Source: a virus
Lineage: Duplodnaviria; Caudoviricetes
Direction: 5' to 3' (one strand)
Virus record (IMG/VR): IMGVR_UViG_3300023210_000033
Location: 1-62,424 of that record
Length of the DNA stretch: 62,424 nt
The position numbers and the translations under genes were made by a program. Under the pieces are notes generated by a model. That model made no database searches. It saw only the letters and a program-made list of their open reading frames with translations, and was not told where the DNA came from. Positions within the stretch are counted from its first letter, which is position 1, and every line of letters starts with the position of its first letter. Positions 8,907-20,059 of the stretch are shown in pieces.

Positions 8907-10013
8907 ATGGACATTAAAGTAAGAGAAGTATCGGGCAACGAAGAGAAGTCAGTTCAAGAAGTTGAGCAAGAACTCTTAGATAAGCACGAGGAAAAACATA
9001 ATGAGGTTGTTTCTGAAAATGAAACTTCTGAACAAATAGAATTAGAGACAGAACAAAAGGAAGTTGTTAGTCAGGATGCTCCAATGGAGTTGAAAGAGGA
9101 AGACGTTCTTTCGTTTATTAAAAATAAATACGGTAGAGAAGTTGATTCTATGGAAGAATTAACTAAGGTTCGTGAAGACAGGGAAGAATTACCTGAGGAT
9201 GTAGCCGCCTACTTTAAATATAAAAAAGAAACAGGACGTGGGTTTGATGACTTTGCTAAGTTGCAAAGAGATTTAGATGATTCTAATCCTGATAAAATAT
9301 TAAGAGACTACTTAGTAGCTACAGAAAAAGGACTTGATTCTGAGGATATTGATGCGTTGATGGAAGATTATTCCTATGACGAAGATTTAGATGAAGAGAG
9401 AGTTGTAAAGAAAACTAAGTTATTAAAGAAAAAGGCTATTGCTAAAGCCAAAGATTATTTCGAATCTGAAAAAGAAAAATACAGAGTTCCTCTTGAGTCA
9501 AGTGGGAGCAATGTTTCTGCCGAAGATAAGAAAGCATTGGAGGATTATAGGCAGTATGTTCAACAGGCGAGTACCTACGAGGAGGAAGCTAAACGCAAAT
9601 CAGATTGGTTTGTTAAAAAGACTGACGAAGTTTTCGGAAGTGAATTCAAAGGTTTTGAGTTTACTGTAGATGGAGACAAGAAAGTTAACTTCAACCCCGG
9701 GGATAAGACTGAGATTCGTAAACAACACGAGACTCCACAGAACTTCATAAAGAAGTTTTTGAATGAGGATGGTTTAGTTGAGGATGCAGTTGGATACCAT
9801 AGAGCACTTTCCGTAGCGATGAACCCTGAAAAATTTGCTAAGTTCTTTTATGAGCAAGGCAAAGCAGAAGCAGTCGATGATGTTATGCGTAAGACTAAGA
9901 ACGTGAATATGTCTGAGCGTAGAACACCTGAGATTACTACAAAAGGGGGGACTCAATTCCGAGCAGTAAATCCCGATAGTGGAAAAGGGCTTAGAATTAA
10001 AAGTAGAAAATAA
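8907..10013 (+). CDS. Putative capsid scaffolding protein
   Basis: Acidic, coiled-coil 368 aa between portal and major capsid gene. Confidence 0.6.
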   Translation: MDIKVREVSGNEEKSVQEVEQELLDKHEEKHNEVVSENETSEQIELETEQKEVVSQDAPMELKEEDVLSFIKNKYGREVDSMEELTKVREDREELPEDVAAYFKYKKETGRGFDDFAKLQRDLDDSNPDKILRDYLVATEKGLDSEDIDALMEDYSYDEDLDEERVVKKTKLLKKKAIAKAKDYFESEKEKYRVPLESSGSNVSAEDKKALEDYRQYVQQASTYEEEAKRKSDWFVKKTDEVFGSEFKGFEFTVDGDKKVNFNPGDKTEIRKQHETPQNFIKKFLNEDGLVEDAVGYHRALSVAMNPEKFAKFFYEQGKAEAVDDVMRKTKNVNMSERRTPEITTKGGTQFRAVNPDSGKGLRIKSRK

Positions 10014-10039
10014 ATTATTAAAAACTAAAAATTACAAAA

Positions 10040-11473
10040 ATGGCAGGACAAGTTAACCCAACTCCGGGATTTGCATTGCAGCCGAGTGCTGAGCAAGTTC
10101 CTTTAGCGAGTAACTATATTACAAACTTTGATTTCTTAAATCAGTATCTACCTGATACTTATGAAAAAGAATTCGAAAGATATGGTAACCGCACAATCTC
10201 CTCATTCCTTAGAATGGTAGGAGCAGAAATGCCTTCTAACTCTGACCTTATCAAATGGGCTGAGCAAGGAAGACTACACACTAAATATGTAAACTGTTTA
10301 TCAGGTGGTGCAGCAGCAGACCTAACGGCTACAATCTCAGTAAATGATACATTAGTACCGGGTAGCGGTTCTATTGCTATTCGTATTGGACAAACCGTAA
10401 TGGTAACAGGTAACGCAGGTGGTGGCTCAAACAAAGCAATCGTAACAGATGTCGATACGGCAGCAGGTACTTTTGATGTAGCTTACTACGAAGCAGGTGG
10501 ACAAGCGTTTGGTCAACTTGAAGTATGTACTGTATTTATTTATGGTTCTGAATTCAAGAAAGGCACAAACGGAATGCAAGGTTCTTTAGAAGCTGATGAC
10601 GAGATTTTCGAAAACTCTCCAATCATCATCAAAGACAAGTATGCAGTATCAGGTTCTGATATGGCTCAAATCGGTTGGGTAGAAGTAACAACTGAGAATG
10701 GTGCATCAGGATACCTATGGTACTTGAAGTCTGAGCACGAAACAAGATTGCGTTTTGACGATTATCTTGAGACTGCAATGATTGAAGCAGTTCCTGCAGA
10801 AGCAGGTTCAGGTGCAGCAAGTGCTGCAGGTGATGTAGGTAACAAAGGTTCTGAAGGTATCTTCTATGTGGTAGCACAGAGAGGTAACGTTTGGGGCGGT
10901 GGTAACCCATCTTCTTTAACTGAGTTTGATTCAGTAGTTTCAAGGTTAGACAAGCAAGGTGCAATTGAAGAAAACGTAATCTTTGTAGACAGAGATTTCG
11001 GATTTGATATTGACGATATGTTGGCAGGATTGAACGGTTATAGTTCAACAGGTGCAGCTAACTTTGCTTCATTCGGATTGTTTGATAACGATAAGGATAT
11101 GGCATTGAACTTAGGATTCACAGGATTCCGTAGAGGTTACGATTTCTACAAGTCTGATTGGAAATATTTGAATGACCCAACAATGAGAGGTGGATTACCT
11201 ACAGGTGCAGGGTCAGGTAGAGTTAATGGACTTTTAGTTCCTGCAGGTTCTACTTCAGTATATGACCAAATTCTTGGTAAGAACGCTAAGAGACCTTTCC
11301 TACACGTACGTTACCGTGCTTCAGAAACTGAAGACAGACGTTACAAGACTTGGATTACAGGTTCAGCAGGTGGTGCACAAAATAGCGACCTTGATGCAAT
11401 GGAAGTACACTTCCTTTCAGAGAGAGCGGTATGTACATTAGGTGCAAACAACTTCTTCTTATTCGCAGAGTAA
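10040..11473 (+). CDS. Major capsid protein
   Basis: 477 aa; position after the scaffold gene; strong codon bias; followed by a hairpin terminator; crAss-related MCP-like sequence. Confidence 0.85.
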   Translation: MAGQVNPTPGFALQPSAEQVPLASNYITNFDFLNQYLPDTYEKEFERYGNRTISSFLRMVGAEMPSNSDLIKWAEQGRLHTKYVNCLSGGAAADLTATISVNDTLVPGSGSIAIRIGQTVMVTGNAGGGSNKAIVTDVDTAAGTFDVAYYEAGGQAFGQLEVCTVFIYGSEFKKGTNGMQGSLEADDEIFENSPIIIKDKYAVSGSDMAQIGWVEVTTENGASGYLWYLKSEHETRLRFDDYLETAMIEAVPAEAGSGAASAAGDVGNKGSEGIFYVVAQRGNVWGGGNPSSLTEFDSVVSRLDKQGAIEENVIFVDRDFGFDIDDMLAGLNGYSSTGAANFASFGLFDNDKDMALNLGFTGFRRGYDFYKSDWKYLNDPTMRGGLPTGAGSGRVNGLLVPAGSTSVYDQILGKNAKRPFLHVRYRASETEDRRYKTWITGSAGGAQNSDLDAMEVHFLSERAVCTLGANNFFLFAE

Positions 11474-11487
11474 GCAGATTATAATAT

Positions 11488-11520
11488 GGGAGGGTGTCTT
11501 CAAAGACACTCTCCCTTTAT
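11488..11520 (+). terminator. Hairpin terminator after MCP whose stem contains palindromic motif copy 2 (11494..11509)
   Basis: GGGAGG-GTGTCTTCAAAGACAC-TCTCCC followed by TTTATT. Confidence 0.75.
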
Positions 11521-11545
11521 TAATTCTAATTTTAAATTATATCAA

Positions 11546-12295
11546 ATGAAAAAAAGTAAAGTATTCATAGACAAGGTCTATAAACTAACAAGAGATGCAG
11601 CACCTCTTTCTTTTATGCTGCCAACACGTAACTCACGTAGATTCCCTTTAATGTATTTTGATGAAGACACAGGTATAAACCGAGTACTTCGTTATGCACG
11701 TAACCAAAAAAGCCCATTTGAAGATGAGCAAGATGGTAACGCTATATTAGAGCCAATCATTTTTGAGTATGGTCTGTTGAGAGTAGCAAAAGAAAATCAA
11801 GTATTACAAAGTTTCTTACACTACCATCCGTTAAATGGAAAAAAGTTTATCGAGGTAAATGAAGAAGCAGATGCACAGAAAGCTATTGAGAATTTAAACC
11901 TTGAAGTAGATGCCCTTATTGAGGCTAAAGGTTTATCTATTGAGATGCTTGAGAATGTAAGTAGGGTGATATTTGGAACAGACTCATCTAAGGTGTCTAC
12001 CGCAGAGTTAAAGCGTGATATCTTAGTGTTTGCTAAGAGAGACCCTAAAGTGTTCTTAGACGTGCTTGGAGACCCTATGCTGAAGCTACAGGGTAATGTT
12101 CAAGTGTTCTTCGACAAGAAGCTAATAGCATTTAGAAAAAATAAAAAAGAAGTATGGTTTAATACTTCATCAAATAAAAGTAGAATGCTTACAGTACCTT
12201 ACGGTGAAGACCCTATGTATATTGTATCTTCATACTTATCATCAGACGAGGGGATAGAGTCATTAAAGATGCTCGAGAACTTATCTGAAGCATAG
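11546..12295 (+). CDS. Conserved phage protein (post-capsid gene)
   Basis: The ORF track start at 11486 runs through the terminator; ATG 11546 after an A-rich leader is more likely. Confidence 0.75.
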   Translation: MKKSKVFIDKVYKLTRDAAPLSFMLPTRNSRRFPLMYFDEDTGINRVLRYARNQKSPFEDEQDGNAILEPIIFEYGLLRVAKENQVLQSFLHYHPLNGKKFIEVNEEADAQKAIENLNLEVDALIEAKGLSIEMLENVSRVIFGTDSSKVSTAELKRDILVFAKRDPKVFLDVLGDPMLKLQGNVQVFFDKKLIAFRKNKKEVWFNTSSNKSRMLTVPYGEDPMYIVSSYLSSDEGIESLKMLENLSEA

Positions 12296-12317
12296 CATTA
12301 ACGCTAACTAACCAAGG

Positions 12318-12349
12318 AGGGGGTCTTTTTTAAGACCCTCTTTTTTTTT
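12318..12349 (+). terminator. Rho-independent terminator
   Basis: GGGGGTCTT-TTTT-AAGACCCTC plus a T-run; the stem resembles a degenerate copy of the 16-bp motif. Confidence 0.75.
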
Positions 12350-12352
12350 ACT

Positions 12353-12360
12353 TATCTTTG
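12353..12360 (+). promoter_or_regulatory. Bacteroidota -7 promoter element (TATCTTTG)
   Basis: Immediately after the terminator and before ATG 12375. Confidence 0.7.
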
Positions 12361-12374
12361 TAAAAAAGTTTACG

Positions 12375-13364
12375 ATGATAAACTCAGTTAGAAATACAGT
12401 TCTGTCTGTACTTAATAAGAATAACTACGGTTATCTATCGCCATCAGATTTCAATTTATTTGCGAAACAGGCTCAGTTAGATATATTCGAAAATTACTTT
12501 TATGAGTACAATTATCAGATAAATAAAGAGAACGCTCGTCAATCAGGAACGGGTGAAGCAGACATACGTAAAGGTATAGAAGAGGTGTTAGATTACTTTT
12601 CTGTTACCGCAGGTCTATACACGCAAAGAGGAAATACATTTAGTCCTGTTGCATCTCCATTGGTGAATAATTTATATTCATTACCATCTCCTTCAACTAC
12701 AGGAAGTGATTACTATTTACTTAATAAAGTATTAATATATCAATCCATAATTGATGAGGGACAAACAACTGCAACAGTTGGTGGTCAAAATAAAATCATT
12801 GATACCAATGCAGATTTTACTATAGATGTAAGTGTTGGAGATATAGCAGCAGTTGAGAATGCAGGGGTTCAATACCTGACCATTCTGTCAGTTAATTCAC
12901 CAACGGAGATAACCGTTAGTGGAAACTTTATAAACGCAATTGGATTGTCCTATACTATTATAGCGGCTAATTCTAAAATGCAAGAGGCAGAAAAGGTTAC
13001 ACATAGTAAAATAACTATGCTAAACAACTCTATACTTACAAGTCCAACTATACAATATCCTGCATACACTCAGGAGAATGGATTGTTAAGCGCATATCCG
13101 AACACTTTAACATCTGTTGGTCAGGTGATGTCTCAGTATTTTAGATATCCTTTACCTCCACGATGGACGTACTTACAGTTAACCAATGGTGAACCTGTAT
13201 TTGACCAAAACCAACCTGACTTTCAAAACTTTGAATTACCTCAAGATGATGAGGTTAATTTGATTATTAAGATTTTGCAGTACGCAGGTATCTCTATTAG
13301 AGAGGGTGATGTTTATCAGTTTGCACAAGCAGAAGAAACACAAAACACACAAGAAGAGAACTAA
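12375..13364 (+). CDS. Putative tail tubular / head-tail ring protein
   Basis: Position in the structural operon; N-terminal LSPSDFNLFAKQAQLDIF of crAss-related ring-protein type. Confidence 0.55.
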   Translation: MINSVRNTVLSVLNKNNYGYLSPSDFNLFAKQAQLDIFENYFYEYNYQINKENARQSGTGEADIRKGIEEVLDYFSVTAGLYTQRGNTFSPVASPLVNNLYSLPSPSTTGSDYYLLNKVLIYQSIIDEGQTTATVGGQNKIIDTNADFTIDVSVGDIAAVENAGVQYLTILSVNSPTEITVSGNFINAIGLSYTIIAANSKMQEAEKVTHSKITMLNNSILTSPTIQYPAYTQENGLLSAYPNTLTSVGQVMSQYFRYPLPPRWTYLQLTNGEPVFDQNQPDFQNFELPQDDEVNLIIKILQYAGISIREGDVYQFAQAEETQNTQEEN

Positions 13365-14290
13365 TGGCATACATATCACAATATCAGTATTACGAAAACG
13401 CAGGTCAAAATCCTGAAAACGACAATTGGGGTTCATACCAATATGTTTCCTTGTTTGATATCGTCAATAATTTTATGTTGATGTACGCAGGTAACCATAG
13501 CCTTATAAACAACGAAGAAAGATTTAAGGTTTTATTTCACGCAAAGAGAGCAATACAAGAATTAAACTACGATGCGTTTAAAGAAATAAAAGTGTTAGAG
13601 TTAAATATAAACGAAACTCTCAGATACATTCTTCCTGATGACTATGTGAATTGGGTTAGAATATCTATGTACAAAGATGGTGTACTATATCCATTAACTG
13701 AGAACATTCAAACAATTACCTCATCAGCTTATCTTCAAGACCAAACAGGTAGAATATTATTTGATGTAAATGGTAATGTTTTAAAACCACAATTCTCTGA
13801 CATTGATTTTGATAGAATTAATGGGCAAAAGAAAAGTATTTATTTAGATGCAAACAACCCAAACTTTAATGGGATGCCGGGATACAATGTAGATGGTTCT
13901 TGGTATTTTGATTTTGAAGTAGGGGCAAGGTTTGGACTAAATACAGAAACGGCAAATGCTAATCCAACTTTCACAATAGACAAGAAAGCAGGAGTGATTA
14001 ACTTTAGTTCAAGTATACAGGATAATTTAATTATACTTGAATATGTATCAGATGGTATGGAAAATGGAAACGACTCAAAAGTTTCTGTAAATAAATTATT
14101 TGAAGATTATATCTATGCTGCTATTGAATATGCTATACTTAGTTCTAAACTAAATGTACAGGAATATATCATAGCAAGAACAAGAAAAAGAAAAGGAGCA
14201 CTTCTAAGAAACGCAAAAATAAGAATCAGTAATATCCATCCGGGTAGATTGTTAATGAATATGCGAGGTGCTGATAAGTGGATAAAGTAA
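13364..14290 (+). CDS. Putative second tail ring / adaptor protein
   Basis: LPDDYVNWVRIS motif; coupled to the previous gene; precedes the stabilization protein. Confidence 0.55.
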   Translation: MAYISQYQYYENAGQNPENDNWGSYQYVSLFDIVNNFMLMYAGNHSLINNEERFKVLFHAKRAIQELNYDAFKEIKVLELNINETLRYILPDDYVNWVRISMYKDGVLYPLTENIQTITSSAYLQDQTGRILFDVNGNVLKPQFSDIDFDRINGQKKSIYLDANNPNFNGMPGYNVDGSWYFDFEVGARFGLNTETANANPTFTIDKKAGVINFSSSIQDNLIILEYVSDGMENGNDSKVSVNKLFEDYIYAAIEYAILSSKLNVQEYIIARTRKRKGALLRNAKIRISNIHPGRLLMNMRGADKWIK

Positions 14291-14291
14291 T

Positions 14292-17200
14292 ATGGCAAAC
14301 GTAACAAGGAATTTCATTAAGGGTAAGATGAATAAAATGCTCGATGAGCGAATCGTTCCAAACGGTGAGTACATTGATGCCTTAAATATTCGTATGGGTT
14401 CATCTGAAGGTTCTGAAATAGGGACAGTAGAGAACTCAAAAGGAAATGAAAAACTATCTACATTAGAGTTTAATGGAAACCCTCTTAGTGGAGCAGCAAG
14501 ATGTATTGGTGCTTTTGAAGATGGTGCGGAGGAAACTGTATATTGGTTTGTTCACGACCCTCAATTTGAATATCCGGGAGCGCCATTGCAAATTGTAGAT
14601 ATGGTTGTGTCGCTTGACACCAAGACAAATATCTTAACATATCACCTCATAAGTGTAATGCAGCAGGTAGGTTTAGGGTTAGAGACAACTTTAAACTTTA
14701 GCTTTGATTATCTAATAACAGGTGTATCTAAAGTAGAAGACCTTCTTTATTTTACAGATGACTATAATCAACCAAGACAGATTAATGTTAGAAAAAATTA
14801 TGGTAACCCTGTAAATAATTTAGATGGTTTCTCAGCAGAGTCTATCCTTGTTATAAAGAAACCGCCAAGCAATGCGCCTTCAATAAAACCTTTGATTACT
14901 TCTTCTCAGGATAATTTCTTGGAAGATAGATTCATATGTTTTGCTTATAGATATAGATATGAGGATAAGGAATACTCAGCTACTTCTCAGTTTTCAAACC
15001 CTTCTTTTATACCAAATACGTTTAGATATAACGCTATTACTTCTTTGAATTCAGGTATGCTTAATAGCACAAATATGTGTGATGTTACGTATGACTCAGG
15101 AGGTCCTCTTGTAAAATCTATTGACTTGTTGTTCAAAGATATGAATAGCAGTACAATAAAGATTATAGAAAAACTTGACAAAGAAGATTTAGGTCTTGCA
15201 GATAATACAACATACACATACAGGTTTAATAATAGTAAAATATTTACTATACTTCCTGACTCTGAAATACTCAGACTATTTGATAACGTGCCTTTGAAAG
15301 CACAGGCTCAAACTTTGATGGGTAACAGACTTGTTTATGGTAATTATGTAGAGGGTAATGTTTTGTCAAGAAACAATGTGCCAACGAAACTTGAGTATAC
15401 ATTATCCTTAGAATCACAAGATATAGGATTAGTTGACCTTGAGTCAACACAAACAGACGGTAATTATAGTATTGATACTAATCAAATTATACCTGAGTCT
15501 GTATTAAATATAGACCTTACGGACTTAGATTTGGTTGCAGGTTCTGCAATATCTTTTCTTTTTAGATTTGAGCACGATAGTTTTTCAGGTCAAACACCTT
15601 TTCCAAGTCAGCAAACACAGGAAACAAATATTGACTTTACGTACATACTACCGGTAAACTTTAGTAGTGTATACGCTTTAGCAACTTCTGTAGATTTTTC
15701 AGAAAAAATTGGTGTTACAACTAACATTGAAAGTGTACCAACATCTTGTAATGGAACTACTTTTACAGATGCTTTTTATTGTTCTGTTCAAAATAGTTTA
15801 GATTCATTACTAAAAAGAGACGGAGGTATATCTGCAGTAGGTCAGCCTATTGAAATTATAACTTCACCGGGTTCAGACATATTGTCTTTACAGATTCCTG
15901 CAGTAGAATTTTTTGATGCGGTAACTCCAACACAAACAGTATACGAATATTACAAAATAACTCAAGCTGATTCTTCATTTCAAGAAATTGGAGACCCTTC
16001 AAGTTTGCATAGTAACAGAGGTTATGAAGTTGGTATGGTCTATATGGATGATTATAATCGTTCATCAACTACTTTAGTCAGCCCTAACAATACAATACAC
16101 GTACCTTGTGCTTTGTCAGACACAAAGAATGAGATTATAGTAACCATACCTGATACGCAGATTGCGCCTGAATGGGCTACAAGATATAAGTTTTGTATTA
16201 AGCCTGACAAAGAAGCATACGATGTTATCTATAGTAATTTTTTCTTTAGAGACCCAACGTCAGGAGCAGATTACTTTTTGTTAGAAGGACAAAATTCTCA
16301 GAAAATACAAGAGGGTGATGAGTTAATTGTAAAGTCAGATACTTCAGGCTCTGTTGATAGATGTACTTGGACAACTGTATTAGAGAAAAAAGGACAACAG
16401 AGAGATTTCTTAGAGCCACCTCCTATTGATTCTTCGGGTGTAGTTATAGAAAGTGTACCTGCAGGAACGTATATGAAGATTAGGGCTAACAACTTTAATA
16501 CAGATGTTGGTGATAATCCTGTGATTGATTACGGAGAGAAAAAAAGTAATGGTCGAAACTGTAGGGTTATAGATTATCCTGTTGATTATGAAGACCCTGA
16601 TAACCCGGGAACTTACATAGATTATATCGTACCTGCAGGGTCTCGTATAACAATTGATATACGAAGTAAGAGAGGACCAAGAAGAAACGTACCTAAAAAG
16701 GTTTGGGATGTTGATGCTACGTTTGTAGCTTCTCAAGAATACCAATCTTTTCAAGAGTGGTTTAATGGGGATAATATTGCAGGTTCATTAGAACAACAAG
16801 CAGATACTGAAGGAACAGGCGTTAATGGTCCTAACTACCAATCGGGAGACGGAAGCGATGTACGTAATCGTCCTTGTAATGTGGGTGATGTCTATATGCA
16901 ATTTTACAACGATGGTACAAGAACTTACCTTGGTGTAAAAAGCACAAAAGGGTATAGAGGTAAAAGAAAAAATGCATACTTAGATGTGCATATAGAAGTT
17001 ATTAGAGCAAATGGTTTAATTGTATTTGAATCAGACCCTCAAGATTCAGCACCTGATTTATGGTATGAGTCCTCAACTTCATATCCAATTTCTGCTATAG
17101 GAGAACACGAAGGAAATATTCAAAACCAAAGTGTTAGTAATGGTATACCTGCAATTATAAATACAGAATTCTTTAACTGTTATGCTTTTGGTAATGGTGT

Positions 17201-19106
17201 TGAAAGTTATAAAATAGAAGATGCTATTACAGGTAAGCCACTTGTTTTAGGTAACAGAGCATTGACCACAGATTCTAAATTATTTGATTTAGAAAGAAGA
17301 AGTTCAGATTTAACTTATAGTGGTGTTTATAATTCAGAGTCTAACATTAATAAACTAAATGAATTTAACGGAGGCTTGTTAAACTTTAAAGCATTAGAGC
17401 AATCGTTTGGACCTGCTATGAAAATAGTAGGGAGAAGGACTGATATACTTGTATTACAAGAAGATAGAATATCGTATGTATTAGCAGGTAAAAATTTACT
17501 TTCTGATGCAGCAGGTGGTAGTTCATTAACGTCTGTTCCTGAAGTATTAGGTACTCAGATTGCAAGAAGTGAAGAGTTTGGTATTAGTCACAACCCTGAG
17601 AGTTTTGCTATGTATGGTGCTGATAAGTATTTTACAGATGCTAAGCGTGGTGCAGTACTTAGACTTGTAGGAACTGCAGGTCAGAACGAACAATTAGAAG
17701 TTATATCTCAACAAGGCATGAGACCTTGGTTTAGAGATTTATTTAATAATTCTTTTAATACTCAAAAGTTAGGTGGATATGACCCTTATATGAATGAGTT
17801 TGTTCTTTCATCTAATACTAAAGAATTACCAACAGAAGTTATTTGTCTTGATTGTGGTGTAACCCAATCCTTAACTATTAACGATTCAACAAAAGGTGGA
17901 TATGATGTTTGCTTTAATCTTGGTGTGTTAGTTGGTAATGTTGATATTGACTATGGTATTAACAATGGTACTGCAACTATAACTGCAGAGTACAACTCAA
18001 ACACATACACTACAGGACAAACTACAGGAGATGGTACGTTAACATTTAACAAGGACATAGTAAATGAGGAAGAAGTTTCTTTAAATATTTCAGGACCAAT
18101 TGGAACTGATATAACATTTACAGTAAATTGTCCTGATGCTGACGATATAACAATCTATCTTGTACACATAGGCGGTACTGCTGATGCAGGTTTACAGATA
18201 ACGGATAAGTATAGATGGACTGACGGAACATTTATATCTCCATTACATTCAGAAACGGTGGTGTTTAACTCGGGTCAAGGAGCAATTGTTTCTTTATACG
18301 CACAAATCTTTGGTCAACAAGGAGGTGGTGTAATTCCGGCTAACTCTGCGGTTGTTAAGATAATGTCAGACAAGAATGTAAACAACGGTGATGACTATAA
18401 CTTTGACATAGCCTCAGATAAGTTCAAATATCTAAGAACAAATACACTTTATGGTAGTAATCCACAAGGTATTGCGGATTTATTATCGGTAGCAAATACT
18501 GCTAATCCAATTGATGTTCCTGTTAATGGAAACACATCATACTTTGCTGAATTCAATATGCCTTCAGTAGGAAATAAGTTATATTTGATTTGGGATTATA
18601 GAACGAGCACTCCAATGGAATTATGTTTTGGAGACTCACCTACTTCGGCTTGTTGTGATTGCGGTGATTTACCGGACTTAAAATATAAATTGATAGATTG
18701 TGATACAGGGTACATTTGGACTGTAGAGGATACGTTTGGAAGCCTTACAACAGGTAATACAGTACAATACAGAACAGGTGTTGGTCAAAATCAAGGTACT
18801 ACAATTTTCTGTGGTGAATTATTTGAGATAACAAACGATACTCCTAATGCAACTATACAATCAAGCGATACGGTTGATTGTGGTGATTACGAAAAGTGTG
18901 ATATATCTGATAGTGGTTGTTCATTATACACTTTGTTTACAACATCAGGAACAGGACAGAGTTACTCTTACATTGATTGTGATGGAAATGCAGCAGGTGG
19001 AAGTATTGGAGGAGCAAGTGGTGTAGACCAAGAAACAATATGTGCTCAAACAGGTACAGTAGACCCGGGATTAAATTCAATAAGTCAAGGTCAACCTTGT
19101 AGCTAA
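14292..19106 (+). CDS. Tail stabilization / nozzle (P22 gp10-like) protein with Cys-rich C-terminal extension
   Basis: N-terminal RNFIKGKMNKMLDERIVPNGEYIDALNIR, plus FGISHNPESFA and YFTDAKRGAVLRL; the last ~420 aa are Cys/Gly/Asp-rich. Confidence 0.7.
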   Translation: MANVTRNFIKGKMNKMLDERIVPNGEYIDALNIRMGSSEGSEIGTVENSKGNEKLSTLEFNGNPLSGAARCIGAFEDGAEETVYWFVHDPQFEYPGAPLQIVDMVVSLDTKTNILTYHLISVMQQVGLGLETTLNFSFDYLITGVSKVEDLLYFTDDYNQPRQINVRKNYGNPVNNLDGFSAESILVIKKPPSNAPSIKPLITSSQDNFLEDRFICFAYRYRYEDKEYSATSQFSNPSFIPNTFRYNAITSLNSGMLNSTNMCDVTYDSGGPLVKSIDLLFKDMNSSTIKIIEKLDKEDLGLADNTTYTYRFNNSKIFTILPDSEILRLFDNVPLKAQAQTLMGNRLVYGNYVEGNVLSRNNVPTKLEYTLSLESQDIGLVDLESTQTDGNYSIDTNQIIPESVLNIDLTDLDLVAGSAISFLFRFEHDSFSGQTPFPSQQTQETNIDFTYILPVNFSSVYALATSVDFSEKIGVTTNIESVPTSCNGTTFTDAFYCSVQNSLDSLLKRDGGISAVGQPIEIITSPGSDILSLQIPAVEFFDAVTPTQTVYEYYKITQADSSFQEIGDPSSLHSNRGYEVGMVYMDDYNRSSTTLVSPNNTIHVPCALSDTKNEIIVTIPDTQIAPEWATRYKFCIKPDKEAYDVIYSNFFFRDPTSGADYFLLEGQNSQKIQEGDELIVKSDTSGSVDRCTWTTVLEKKGQQRDFLEPPPIDSSGVVIESVPAGTYMKIRANNFNTDVGDNPVIDYGEKKSNGRNCRVIDYPVDYEDPDNPGTYIDYIVPAGSRITIDIRSKRGPRRNVPKKVWDVDATFVASQEYQSFQEWFNGDNIAGSLEQQADTEGTGVNGPNYQSGDGSDVRNRPCNVGDVYMQFYNDGTRTYLGVKSTKGYRGKRKNAYLDVHIEVIRANGLIVFESDPQDSAPDLWYESSTSYPISAIGEHEGNIQNQSVSNGIPAIINTEFFNCYAFGNGVESYKIEDAITGKPLVLGNRALTTDSKLFDLERRSSDLTYSGVYNSESNINKLNEFNGGLLNFKALEQSFGPAMKIVGRRTDILVLQEDRISYVLAGKNLLSDAAGGSSLTSVPEVLGTQIARSEEFGISHNPESFAMYGADKYFTDAKRGAVLRLVGTAGQNEQLEVISQQGMRPWFRDLFNNSFNTQKLGGYDPYMNEFVLSSNTKELPTEVICLDCGVTQSLTINDSTKGGYDVCFNLGVLVGNVDIDYGINNGTATITAEYNSNTYTTGQTTGDGTLTFNKDIVNEEEVSLNISGPIGTDITFTVNCPDADDITIYLVHIGGTADAGLQITDKYRWTDGTFISPLHSETVVFNSGQGAIVSLYAQIFGQQGGGVIPANSAVVKIMSDKNVNNGDDYNFDIASDKFKYLRTNTLYGSNPQGIADLLSVANTANPIDVPVNGNTSYFAEFNMPSVGNKLYLIWDYRTSTPMELCFGDSPTSACCDCGDLPDLKYKLIDCDTGYIWTVEDTFGSLTTGNTVQYRTGVGQNQGTTIFCGELFEITNDTPNATIQSSDTVDCGDYEKCDISDSGCSLYTLFTTSGTGQSYSYIDCDGNAAGGSIGGASGVDQETICAQTGTVDPGLNSISQGQPCS

Positions 19107-19124
19107 AAATAAGAAAGTTAAATT

Positions 19125-20048
19125 ATGGCAATATTTTATTTAGACGGAACAACATTAACAAACTCATCAGCAGTATATGACGATGCAGATTTAACTACCT
19201 GCGCTGCAGATGGTTTTTATTCTGACGGAGTGGTGAGCAGAGAGCAGGTTAATTGCTCTTTACTTCCCGAACAGGTCTGTGTAACTTGTGCAGTACCTTG
19301 TGGAGAAACCATTTCAGGTAGTGGTAATCAAGGAATATACAAATTAGATTTGTTTACAGGAGATTCATCTAATGACGTGGGTGCTATAATAATAAAACTC
19401 GACCCATACGATGTCCCTGATGGAGTTAGAGCAACTTTCAACGGTGTAGTATACAACAAGGTTAGTTCACCTATAGACGGCTATCACGCCTCTCCTAACG
19501 CAGGTGCTTTTATTGTTGTTGGAAACACACAAGATGACTGCGGTCTTGTAGCAGGAGGCTTCTCAGGAAATCTTGTTGAAAAGGAATACGTGCAAGGGCA
19601 GGGGTTTGTAAGCACAGGTCAAAGTGTATTTGTTTCAATAGATGCAACTGATGTTTCTTTAACAACAAACCAAAGCCCCGGTGCGGTTGTAATGGTTATA
19701 CCAAAGCCATCACCCACACCTGCTATGATAAACATTGAATTTGTAGGTCCTTGTAGTGGAACAGGTTTTGGAGTAGAAGCTAATTGTCCTGTATTACTTA
19801 CAGGGTATCAATCATCTGACAAGCCTCAAATAAATTCAGATGGTGCTTGTAATGACCCTTTAGTAGTACAAATGTATAACGCACCTGTAACAGGAACAAG
19901 TGGCGTTCCGAATATACACGATTGGATTTTTATTGATGCTTACGGTTCACAGAGTCCTGCAGATGGGTTCTATCATATAGAAAACAATATTTGGATTGAA
20001 GTACAAAACGGAGTTGTAGTACAAAAAGGTCCGTGTGACCCAACTTAA
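19125..20048 (+). CDS. Cys-rich structural / tail-associated protein
   Basis: 307 aa with repeated ADGFY units and many cysteines; inside the tail operon. Confidence 0.55.
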   Translation: MAIFYLDGTTLTNSSAVYDDADLTTCAADGFYSDGVVSREQVNCSLLPEQVCVTCAVPCGETISGSGNQGIYKLDLFTGDSSNDVGAIIIKLDPYDVPDGVRATFNGVVYNKVSSPIDGYHASPNAGAFIVVGNTQDDCGLVAGGFSGNLVEKEYVQGQGFVSTGQSVFVSIDATDVSLTTNQSPGAVVMVIPKPSPTPAMINIEFVGPCSGTGFGVEANCPVLLTGYQSSDKPQINSDGACNDPLVVQMYNAPVTGTSGVPNIHDWIFIDAYGSQSPADGFYHIENNIWIEVQNGVVVQKGPCDPT

Positions 20049-20059
20049 AAAAAAGAATT

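Noticed and set aside
11486-11545. ORF-track N-terminal extensions through palindrome copies (also 45042..45107, 46338..46409, 47770..47805)
   Set aside because: Better downstream ATGs exist (for example, the GATase needs Cys at position 2), so these copies are treated as non-coding.
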